NCBI GenBank assembly: GCA_012295275.1
Contig: CM022670.1
Location: forward strand, 39,184,001-39,248,000
Length of the DNA: 64,000 nt
DNA from: Chrysomallon squamiferum
Lineage: Eukaryota; Animalia; Mollusca
Direction: 5' to 3'
The notes beneath the pieces were generated by a model. It was not told the origin of the DNA. It saw nothing but the letters and a program-made list of their open reading frames with translations, and made no database searches. Position numbers and translations under genes: made by a program. Below are positions 19,901 through 32,000 of this stretch, one piece after another; position 1 is the first letter of the stretch; each line of letters opens with the position of its first letter.

Positions 19901-20703
19901 AAAAAAAACGAAAGTATAATAAAACAAAACAATATGATGAATACTACAATTTTTTAACATTTTTGTTTGGTTATAACTTTTTTCAGTGTGGTATATAATG
20001 ATAATTATTAGAAAATATTGTTCTCATGGAATTTGTTATTATTATAGATGAAAGTGCGGATTAAGAAAACTGCCTGAAAATAATTTACATGTCAAGGCCA
20101 CATCATCAGTTATGCTGAAAAAATAAGCAAAAACTGCATATGTGGCATTTTGTTTTTTAATTTGGAAGCTTGACAAATGGTGGAAAATGGTCTTTTATGA
20201 ACAGTTAAAAAAAAAAAAAAAAAAAAAGGTTTGAAACTTTAGATATCTAAAAAGTTTCAATCAGGCCACAAAAATTACAGTATAATGCATAACACTGATT
20301 GGACAACGATCTTAAATCTCTATAAAAATACAAATCACGTCACATATCTAATGGGACTTTAATCAAAATTTTGTAAAAATAACGTTTTAAATTAAATAAA
20401 AAAATTAAAAAAATAATTATCAAACTGCATTGTATGAAGTGCAGTGTATACAGAAAACAAAGTGTTTTCTCTTTTCGTGGATATTTAACAGATCTTTTGA
20501 GTCACCATTTATCAACAGGTAAGACTTAGATGATATTTTTTAGATCTGTCATCATTCAGGTTTACATGTAAAAATCGTAATACAAAGGATACTGTAATAA
20601 CTGACTAGAGTCTTATTACTGATCACCAGGAATGACATAAATAACACTTGTGAAAAACGAGTTTAAAAAATATTTTAAAATATCTGTTTCCTATATAGCA
20701 GCT

Positions 20704-23700
20704 TCAATTTTGTTTCTCCTTTGGTGTGTGGAATCTTTCCAATAAAGCTCTCAGGATATTTCCTGGTATCTTCTGGTGTTTTTCAATTAACTTTTCCACA
20801 GAAAATTTTACCTATAAAAGAAATCATTTTTCATTTTTTTTTTATCATAAAACATTATGAAAGTTCAAGCGTACCGTGGTGGCCAATTTAAAACGTTTAA
20901 TAACATCTTTGTGAATATGAATCTAAAAACAGTAGTACATATACATAATTTGATTAGCTACAGAAAAAAAAAGAGCTTACTTTTACAGCAAACTGTTCAG
21001 GAGTCATGCCAGGCTCAGGATAAATTGGTTCACCGAGGAAACTCCTGAAACCAATCAGTGAAACAAAGATTTTATGACCTATTTTATTGTCATCCCAGCT
21101 TTATGTCTGGAAACAATCAACAGTAATCATATCAGCAGCTGTCACTCTATACAAGTATTTTATTAGGTTACTGGATTCAGAGCTTCTTTGTTACTGATTT
21201 CAGTTAGGTTAGAATTTTCAATCTGAATAATTTAATTTTTATACGTTCATCTCTGATAACTTAAAAGATGTAATTAATTCAGTGATCAAGATAAAAATGA
21301 TTTAGTACAAGGTTTTGTATCTGGATCTGAATTGATTATAATAAATAAATAAACATAGGCATTAACAGTTTCAGTTAATTGTTTAAAATGAACTGAATTA
21401 GGCCGTGTTTTAATCTTTAATATTATATACAACACAAAATACCTGAGCTTCACCGGGAAGAAACCATATATTGGAACTATAGGCAAACGGGTCTTTTCAT
21501 AAAATTTCCTCAGCAGAGCTGAAAATCAAATCAATATCAATATCTACTTCCAATAAAATTCAGTGATAAATATTAATAAATATTCATGCTTGTTCACATA
21601 GGCAAAAACTACTGATTTTGATTATTACTTTTGTTTTGTTTTTATTTCTTACAGATTACATGTTTTTTTTAATAATAAAGATCCACTTGTCTGTTACCAT
21701 AATAAATTAAAAAACTAATTCAAGATTTCATATTAAAAAATTCTGTAAATATAACAGATGGGACAATGTACTTGTCAATAACTATACTGTTACATGAATA
21801 ATGAAAAATATATTACACTGTATTCATATGTACTAAAACGAAAAAACTACTTTCATTTAAAATATTTTATCATTTATCAGATGAATTATTATTTGATTGA
21901 TAAACTTGTTAGAACACAAAAACTATGACAAAAACATACATCTACCCCATCCAGGGGTTCGGAAGGCTTCTCTGCAGTTCTGAGTAAACATAGGAATTAC
22001 TGGCTACAAAAAGAAAAGAGAAAAGAAAATAATAAAAATAAAATAAATACTTTTTCAATTTAAATTTAAAAAATTTAATAATAAAACTAAAGAACCAGAT
22101 TACATTTTCATACTGCTGTGTCAGATAACTTTTTTGTTTTTGAAATCTAAAAACATTCAAGAAATATTTATTTTTTAAATCTAATATTCAGACACTTACT
22201 ACATACAATGTATTTAATAATTACATTTTTATTAACTTAGGAAAAAAATAAAACAACAACAGAAAAATATTCTTACCACATTGGCTTGCAATGCGACCTT
22301 AGCAAAACCGGTTCTTTTTCCCCACATTAATTTATATCTCTCATCACCAAAAAGTGCTTCTCGCAATCCTCCTGAAAATACATACCAAGTGTGAAATCTA
22401 AAAACCATGAAACATCAGTGATATCTTCAACTTAACAGGATCATCCATAACCTACAAATACCACAGTACATTAATAAATTGTTTATGAACAGCATTTACA
22501 CAAAGAATTCTCATCTCTGAATATTGACATCTAATGGATAGCACAATAGAGTGCGGATGTCATGCTCATGATTCTGAAACATATTATCAGAGGGCAATCA
22601 TAAAAAATGTTTAGCGTCTCCGAAAACCTTACTAACCTGGTGATATACACAGAATATTGCCTTCATTAAGGACATCAATGCAGCTTTGAACTGTACCTGG
22701 AGTTACTTGGAATACCTCCATTAGTAAACGCCAACCTGTAACAGAAATCAGTGTCAACAATCTTTAAAACTGTAGTCTAATAGTTTATTCATTACTGCAC
22801 ATGAACCATTAAAATATCTCCTTAATAAAGTCCACAATTGAAAATATATAGCTTTAGTTGACAAAGTGTAATTCCATCATAAATTACTATTCATTCTACT
22901 CTTTTCTTCAAGCCGATACAAAATATTATTTAAAACAGCTTTCACAAATATAAAAGTTATTAGAGAATGTAATTTTTTTTTTTTTTTTGTGGGGGGTTGT
23001 TTGTTTTAAGCAAGATACTTACTTACCTGGCATATTAAACAAAAATCTATCACCCACACACTTTATATGACGTCCACGTTCAACAAGAGTGCGAGCCAAT
23101 ATGTAATAAACATCAACAGGAATAACAGCATGGTAGTATATTAACAGTGCAGGCCCAACAGAGGGGAGTCTGTCCAGGTTTACAACTTCATATCCTGCAG
23201 ATATTCCAAATGAATACATAAAATATATAAAACAAAGGTTAACTGTAGTAATATTTATTTTTGGCCATTCAAAATAACTGATAATTAGTCAGTGAAACAT
23301 TAATTACAAACATACGTAAACAATATTTAAATATATTTATAAAATACTGTAAATAATTTTTTTTTCTTAAGCAAAATGATATATATAAAAGGTTGTGGTT
23401 CATATAAATATAATTTATTATATTACATTTTAAGTATTATGTTTAAATAAATAAGTAAATAATATATTATGTTATATTATATAATATCATATTAATTAAA
23501 TTATATTATATTATATTATATTATATTATATTATATTATATTATATTATATTATATTATATTATATTAATTTTTAAAAAAAACAATTAAAAAAATAAAAA
23601 CATTTTTAAAGAAATTAATACAATGAACAAAGATGAATTACAAACCATGACAGATTCTTCCCTGACCATCCCAAAACACAGCAATAGTCTTACGTGCACC

Positions 23701-23961
23701 ATCCCAAAAATCTCTAGCATAGGCATCTCGAAGTCTGTGGCGCTGGCGATAAATAAACAAGAACAGAGTTGATGCATATAAAAATACAAGCAGTACCACT
23801 GGAAGGAGGAAGGAAATGATTACAGGGTATACGACCCAGACAACCCAGGACCAGTAGTAAATGTCCAGTTGTTCAAACTGTGTCCAGAGATAGCTGATGC
23901 ACATGTTAGTGGAGTTGTTCAGCATTTCCAAGTGGCCCCAGCAGAACAATCTTGAAGTCAT
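20704..23961 (-). CDS. TMEM68: Transmembrane protein 68 (DIESL-type glycerolipid acyltransferase), about 329 aa
   Basis: In-phase exons: 23646-23961, 23027-23194, 22637-22735, 22277-22371, 21940-22003, 21443-21518, 20981-21044, 20704-20811. Motifs: FWDGARKTIA, YYHAVIPVD (HxxxxD), SPGGLREALF, GFAKVA, PVIPMFTQN, RLPIVPIYGFFPVKLR, HQKIPGNILRALLERF. Confidence 0.95.
23490..23568. repeat. (ATATT)n pentanucleotide microsatellite
   Basis: About 13 perfect units in a TMEM68 intron. Confidence 0.9.
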
Positions 23962-25059
23962 ATCATGTTGTTATTCTGCAAGCATTTCAAAGAGTTTTGT
24001 CATTTCAGCTCTTGTTGAAGTATTGCAGAAAAATCAACAGGCCACAATCAGATTAACTGTAAAAAAAAAAAAAAAAAAAAAAATGTATTTCTTTAAATAA
24101 TAAATCAAGTATTATTTCTAAATCAAGTATGAATGGCTATGGGAAATAAATTAAATTTCTACAGGTTCAGTTGTTTATGGATTCCATAGATTTTGAACAA
24201 TATGAAACAGATGTTTCAAGTGACAGTTTAAAGGTAAATAATTTATTGGAATTAATTAATGCTTTTGTATTGTGTGGTCATATTTACTTGTGAAGGAAAT
24301 ACCCTTAAAATTATTTCTGCAGTTTATTAATATTAATATTTATGACTTTAATTCTGGCAAAACTGACATCCTCAAAAGTAAATGCATGGTTATAAAAACA
24401 GCTATGTTTAAAATCTTGTACTCTTTTACATTTCCTGCAAACTGTTAGTTTTACATTTTCAGAAGGAGAAATAAAATTAAATCATATTATGTGTAGGCTG
24501 CATTTATGGTTGCTGAGATTTAGAACATAAATGTAGCACTGATCCAAAAATATATTTTTTGTATGTTTATTAAAAACATATTTTCTGTGTGCATAAACAT
24601 CTCATCTGAGAAAAACATTATTTTTTTCACCAGTAAGATTAGGTGTAGATTTTTATTATTATTATTATTATTTTAATATCATTCAAGATATTCAAGAAGT
24701 TAAAACCAATATTTGGAATATTTGTTGTTCATGTCACAAGCATTTATTAAATCTGTTCTTTGTTTTTATACATTTTAAAAATAACATGATCGTTTAATAG
24801 TTTGTTAGTTAATACTGAACAAATATCATTATATACAATTACAAAACTGATAAAATTGCAACCAAAAATATTATAGAAATAACAAATAATAATTAAAAAC
24901 TAATAATAACAATAACAATAATAATTAAAAAAAAAAAAAAAAAAAAAAATTAAACAACAATTTTGTCTGAAGCAGTGAAGCCATGTAAAAACATATGTTG
25001 TATTCAGTATTGGTTAATTTGGTATCGTTTCTTTTAAAACTAGGGTCAACTTTCATTTT

Positions 25060-25730
25060 AACCGGCTTTGCAGAAGCGCTAAAAATACGGATAGGTACTT
25101 ACTGATGTGAGAGAACAGCACGTTGATCTGGCTAATTACAATGAGTTTAAATATTTAAATGAGATTTAAAATTTCAGTTTCAGCGGAATAAATTTTTTTA
25201 AAACATATATTCATTAAAACCTCTACGGCAGACATAAAAAGTACAGCAAGACAACGAAGGTTACTACTGCTAGACTAGAGTACATATTATAACTGTTCTT
25301 TGGATAATAGTAATAAATATATATCACTGTTATAAAATAATAAACTGTAATAAAATATGTTTCAAAACTAGAAGGTTTTAAAAAAAATATTCTAAAATTT
25401 ATAAAAACGTAACAACTAATATTTTACAAAAAAAGGAGGGGGGACCTTAAATCATATAATAATATTTGATAGTGACAGCTGGCTTTAAAAAACAAAAAGG
25501 AAATATATATCAAAATTTACTTTAAAACTAATATACAGTAATGAATGAACGGTAATCATACCAAAACATCATTCGACTCAAGACAACGCAAAACAGTACA
25601 CACGCATATAACATTCGCTATACGATTATAAATTCAGTTGTTTGCTACGCTCAACGGCTGATTATCAGTCAATCTCTGATACGTCAAAATATTACGAAGT
25701 AACTCGGTACATTTCGGATGTTACGGAACA
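25060..25730 (-). promoter_or_regulatory. CpG-retaining promoter / 5'UTR exon region of TMEM68
   Basis: A - strand GTAAGT donor at 25097-25102 could splice to the acceptor at 24057. Dense CpGs at 25550-25730. Confidence 0.5.
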
Positions 25731-26137
25731 TATTTATAGTGATGACATTAATTGTATAAATAACATAGTAATAATGTACTATAGATTATCTATTAGTTTC
25801 AGAAACAGTCAAGTATATATTTTAGTTGTCATTTTATTTCAAGAATAGCAGAATAATACAACTTAATAAATATTTATTAGCAAATGAGCTGATTTTTATT
25901 AAATTAATCAGAGTACCAGTAACATTAACATTTCCGATGGGGGAAAAATAATAAAAATAAATAATAACAAAATTAATAGCTCCTCAGTGATAATGCTTAT
26001 CTCGCAGTTTAGATGAAGCTTAAATAATAACAGTATTTCAAATATATGAAATACAGAGTATTATTATTAACATAATTTTCTTGCTATATTCATTACGTAA
26101 TTTATTAAAACTATATTTTCACATTACAGGCTGATAT

Positions 26138-26246
26138 AATTATTTTGAGGTTTTGGTTTCTTGCAATTGCCTTTAAGACACATCTTATCTAGAATTATTT
26201 TGAGGTTTTGGTTTCTTGCAATTGCCTTTAAGACATATCTTATCTA
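26138..26246. repeat. 55-bp tandem duplication (2 copies, 1 mismatch)
   Basis: aattattttgaggttttggtttcttgcaattgcctttaagaca(c/t)atcttatcta occurs at 26138 and 26193. Confidence 0.95.
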
Positions 26247-27246
26247 TAAGTTACTGTAGATTCCAATATCTTGTTTTGTAGTTTTTGATTCACTTTCATT
26301 TGTTTCTAACACTGTATATATACATCTGTTTTTCAATTGAGTTTTGTTTAAATTATTATTTTTTAATGTTCTCACTTCATTTTCTACATTTTTCTATTTT
26401 CATTAATGGTTGTTTCTAATTATAAAATGATACTGATAGCAGACATTAATAAAGATTCATGATTCAATAAATGGTTATATTATACTGGATTATATGCAAG
26501 GAATATGATGTTTAAAGCAAAACTAGAAATGTATGAAATATTGTAACAGATTATTTGCAAATGTTGTCATAATTGAATACCATCCAAAAATTTCATGTTA
26601 ACTACAGGTATATCCAGCATATTGTTTTTTTTTTTTGGGGCTTTCAAAAAACAAGTAAATAATTCCCATATATGAATGTAACATTAATCTCAAAAGAATA
26701 TACATCAAATTTGTGGGGTTGACCTCCCACCCTCCTCCCATTTAATTATGACTCAGTGGGATAGCAATGGTGTTAGTTTTAAAATGAATCATAAGAAATA
26801 TTTAATATATAAAACTGATTAGGATCCAGGCTAGAGAACAAGGCTGTGGCTGTAGCAAGATGTTTTGTAAAGTAATAACAAAGTTGTGATTCAGTCTTCA
26901 ACTAAATTTGTAAAGCAGAACTATTGGTTTAGTTATATATGTACATGTGTATATAACTAGATATATACATACATACATATATACATATATACATAAATAT
27001 ATATGTATGTACATATAATGGCTTTTGGCTGTATCAGCTGATCTAACAGTTCTTCAGTGCATATCTATGTGTGAGTCTAGGCTAAAATTATTTAGTTGTT
27101 ACAAATAATTATTCCAACAATCCAAAAACAAACGACACAAAAAAAAAAGTTTATTTATTTTTTCACAACACTTGTTACAGACATATAATTAGTTTCAGTG
27201 AGCTGCTTTTATCCAAGTTCAGTTTCCAATGTTTTAATGTTGTTAT

Positions 27247-27278
<32 letters not shown>

Positions 27279-28656
27279 AAATTATTATTTTATTTTATCA
27301 CACCTCGAAACTGCAGATATATATATATCAGAACATCACACTTTGATTATAACATGAAGTAGTGAAAAGGAAAACTTTAAAAATATTCCTATCCCTTAAA
27401 TAAAATAATTTCCATTACAGTAATTGATTATTTTTTTCCAGATAAATACTACCTTAAAATACATTATGTGACTGCAAATAAAAAAATTATAAAATTAAAA
27501 TACAGGATGGCTGATAAATATTATTCATCAGTATAAATAATAAATAAATAAATAAAAATAATTCTCAGACTCTTCTATAATGCAGTGAGAAAACCAAAAT
27601 TTGTGGGTGGGGGAAAAAAAGAAGAAATTATTTCATTTCTGTGGCCGTTATGAGCCACCCTGAATGTAATTACAAAACAAACATTCGTAACATTAAATAC
27701 CCATCTGAACTAATGTTAACTGAAGACTGTTTTAATAAGGAGATAAATATTTTAAAAAATAAACCAGTAAACACATAAACAAATATTTAGAGGGACAAAT
27801 ATTTAACTGAGATCAATCATAAACGTAACTGAAATAAACAGTTATTAATAATACACTTCTGTTATGTGAAAATTAATATAAAAGGTCACAGCAAAAATTA
27901 AAAACTTCTGGATATTAAAAATAAACCAATGCCCTTTAGTGGAGGAAATTAGGTTTGGTATAAACATTTATAAAGTTAATATAATTATGAGATAAAATAG
28001 TTAAAGAAAAAATATAAAAATTAATTTTGATACAGTAAATGAAAATAGTGAATTTATTATGCCAATGATCATAGTTTAGATCACCAGTATGCTATTTACT
28101 ATTTTTTCATGATACACTAAGAAAAATGTATATGTAAAGCAAATATAAAAATGAATGCTAAAAGGCTGTTTAAATGCAGCATAAACTATGTTAGTCAAAA
28201 TATAATAATAAAATTTTAAACATTAATATACAATAATGTTTTTCACATTACATTTAAAAAAAAAAACACAAAAAAAACAACAAACTTATAACTATAATGG
28301 AAATAAAAAAAATATATTACACCAGTACACCAATTAACATAACAGTTTAAGAAAATTAATTGGTATTTTCTGTTCCAGATTAAGTACAATAATAAAACAT
28401 TCGTATAGTTAAGATTTTCTAAAGTCAATTATTTAAAAAGACTATCATTTCCTAACATAAAATAAAGTTAAACAAGTAATTACAGATGTAAAAATGTATC
28501 TGGGGAAATTAACAAAAAGCGTAAATAAATGTTATATACTTGCACGTCGATATTTGGTTTGTAGCTTGACACAACCATGTCTAATGATAAAGTATAAAAG
28601 TAAAATAATACGCACAGAAATAAGTAAAACAAACAAACCAAAATTTAAAAAATAAA

Positions 28657-28660
28657 TCTA

Positions 28661-28691
<31 letters not shown>

Positions 28692-28700
28692 GCCTATCTA
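28657..28700. repeat. (TCTG)n microsatellite
   Basis: About 8 TCTG units. Confidence 0.9.
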
Positions 28701-29000
28701 TACAGACAAGCCAGTCTGTGGACATTGTCTAAAAGACTGATCTTGCTACTCATAGCATCTCCTACTACTGTCGAACATTTTGTTTCCACAACAACCACTT
28801 GAAAGTAAATAAAACATGTAAAGGCTCTGTGTTTTGTAACAGATACATTTAAACAAACATCTTTGAAAAAAAAATTAAGCAAATAAATGAATGAAAATTA
28901 TTACAATAAAATATATTTTATAAACAATAACGTCTGTTGTTGATGTTTATAAATAATGTAGAAAGTCTCTTTTGTCTTCTGCTTCTATATTTTGTCTTGT

Positions 29001-32000
29001 TTAGGTGATTAAATTCTGACCAGGGGAAGGATCTTCATGATCCAGCAGATCAGAGGACCTGGAGGTTAGAATGGCTGAATCCATTTCTTCAAAACACTCT
29101 GAAAGAAAATTTTATTTCTCTTGTACGTCCACAGATGAATATCGCACTCCATTCTTCAAAGTTGTTTTATTTTTATTATTATTACTATTATTTTTTTTTT
29201 TTAAAGCACATTTCCCTTCAGTTTAAAAACACAGTTGCCTTATTTTTCAACTGAAAAGCTTTGCTTATATTATTTATTTAAAATACATAAATTTATTTAA
29301 ATACTTCAATACATTAGAATGTAAATTAATGTGATCTAAAAAAAACAACAAAAAAAAAAAAACAAATCAAAACAATTATAATTTAAGGCAGTTTGTTCAA
29401 ATGACAATGTTATTAATCAAAATGTCAGTTAATTATCTCTTTGAAAGAACAAATTTTAACCCACTAGAAAAATAATAAGCCAGACAATGTTATAAAAAGA
29501 TTTCTTTCAGCCTTTGCAATAAGTAAAAACAATATTAATATAAAAACAAACACAATAAATCCTGTTTTTAAAAGAACAGATATCCATCTTTAAACACAGT
29601 AAGCCCCAAAAAAGAAAGAAAAACCAAAAATATAAAACCTTTAATTTTAGATAATTCTAATAATCTACACAATATATACAAAAAGTGCAGATAAAAAGCA
29701 AAACATTTAATAAAGAAAACTACAAAAAAAACTATGTGAATTTTCATGCAAAAACTGCCTGAACTAGAATATAAAACATGCAAAAATTACATTAAAAAAA
29801 AAAACCAACCCAACAACATCTTGCAAATCAATCATAAATAAATCCTGTTTTAAATCTTAATCTAAATTATAACAATATTTTAAAACTGCACTGAAGGATA
29901 AAACAATCTGATAATTACCAAATTAAGTTAATGCAACCATTTTACTGTGTCCACAGATGACTTTAATTTCAAAAATGTAACTCTAATAATAATGATTCTA
30001 GGGCATTTCCCCCTGGTCATTTCCTGGATTGCCTGGGGGGAATGTCTAGGGTGGAATTGCCCTGATACCCTGATATGTTAATAATAATAAATATAATAGA
30101 GATATGGGGGGAAATATCCTATGGGGGAAATGACCAAGGGGAAAATGACCGGGGGGACTGACTGGGGGGAATGTCCAGAGGAGGGAAATGCCACAGAATC
30201 GTTAATTGCAAGTTGTGATTAATTACCATGGTTAATTTTATTGAATCAAAGAAATTAATTTACAAATCAAACAACTACTCATGAGAACTATTCTGGAGGA
30301 GTAGGTACTCTTTGAGGATATAGAAGGAGGTAATATCTTAGTACGAGTCAGTTACTTTCAAAACTAACCATGGCTTCTGTTACTTCTATGTGTGGCAATA
30401 ATAAGATAGTTATAGATGGCTACATTTATGTGAAGCAGAAGGATCTCGCAAGAGGTGTGGTGTTGTATGAGTGTGAAATACATAAACGAGGAAAAGTTAA
30501 TAGTGGACAGTGTAAGGCTAAGGTCAAGATGCTCGATGGAGAAGTAGTGGGCAGACTGAATGAACATACTCATGTAGCCAGTTGTCGGCAGATCTGAAGC
30601 AATACAAGTTTGGGCAACTACCATAGAGGCACCACAGCAAATCCTTGCCACTGGCTTGCAGCAAATCATGGAAGTGGCCTCAATACAACTACCTCCATTC
30701 AGAACCATCAGAAGGGCAATTTGTTGGACTAAGCAATGAGCAAACAATCCCTTACAAGTTCCTCAACAAGTAACCAGTCTTCTAATTCCAGACCTCTATA
30801 AGCAGATGATCATGGGGAACAATTCCTTCTCCATGACAATAAAGTGGACAATGTGCGTTGCATGTTAGTCTATGCCACACAAGCTGATCTACACCTTCTG
30901 GTTCAGTCGAGCCGCTGGTTTGTGGATGGAACTTTCAAGGTTGTGCCCAAACTCTTGTTTCAGCTGTATACAATACACGCTCTCCACAACTCCCAGATCA
31001 TTCACTTGTGTTTGTGCGCTTCTGTCCAACAAGCAAGAGACAATGCATACTGAATTATTTCAGAATCTGAAGAACGCCAACAGTGACCTAAACCATGACA
31101 CAGTTCTCATGGATTTCGAAACGGGAGGAATGTTCCCAGATGTTAATGTTCATGAATGCCTCTATCATCTGTCTTGTATCAGTCTTCAGGGTTACATTTC
31201 ACTGGTTTCATTTACGCCCTTTTCATAATAAAAGGATATAACAAAGGGGGCCTAATGGATTAGGGTTTGGAATTGCATCCAGATATCAATAATAATAATA
31301 ATAATAATAATAATAATTCTGTAAGATTTAACAAACAAACTAATAAACACACATATAAATATATATATATCTGCATAGATATATTGAAGAAATAACTATA
31401 TGCATAGACTCAGTTACTCAGTTTAAAAGTGATGCATAAAATATAAGAAACAAAATTAATAACACAAAATTTGTAACATCAAGCGTGTAACAAAACTGGT
31501 TTTGAACTAAAATAAAATAGCAGGTTTTCTTTATTCATCTATTAGTTCTTTCCAAGGACATGAAAAGGGGTGAGGGAGAGTAGGGGAGAGTAGATGTAGC
31601 AACTGCCCTCACAAACTGTTTCAAAACAGCGGAGAACATATGAGCAAATGTATGAAGAACTTGGTTCTTGTGCATTTCTGTCTGTTCTCATTGCCCCTTC
31701 CCCATCCAAAATCACTGAATACCCAGGCATCTTTTGTTATTTATTCTAAATTAAAAATTTTAACTGTATTAATAGAAAAGACAGACAAATATTAGTACAT
31801 AAAAATATTGTTTATTAAATGTTACTGTGAGTGTGATGCTAATGCTAATGAAAATAGTAAGTTTGGTAATCTAGTAACTATAGCATGACTAGATACCAGA
31901 GCATTAAAGCTTACTGCATGCTTAACCCTGTAGTTCACTCATACACTAGAAAAAATGCTGTTAGAGCATTTAAACACATAGTATAAAAAAATATAAACTT

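Noticed and set aside
31542-31730. 62-aa - strand ORF as an additional PGAP6 exon
   Set aside because: The best acceptor (tttag) gives an immediate stop in phase 1, and there is no recognisable homology.
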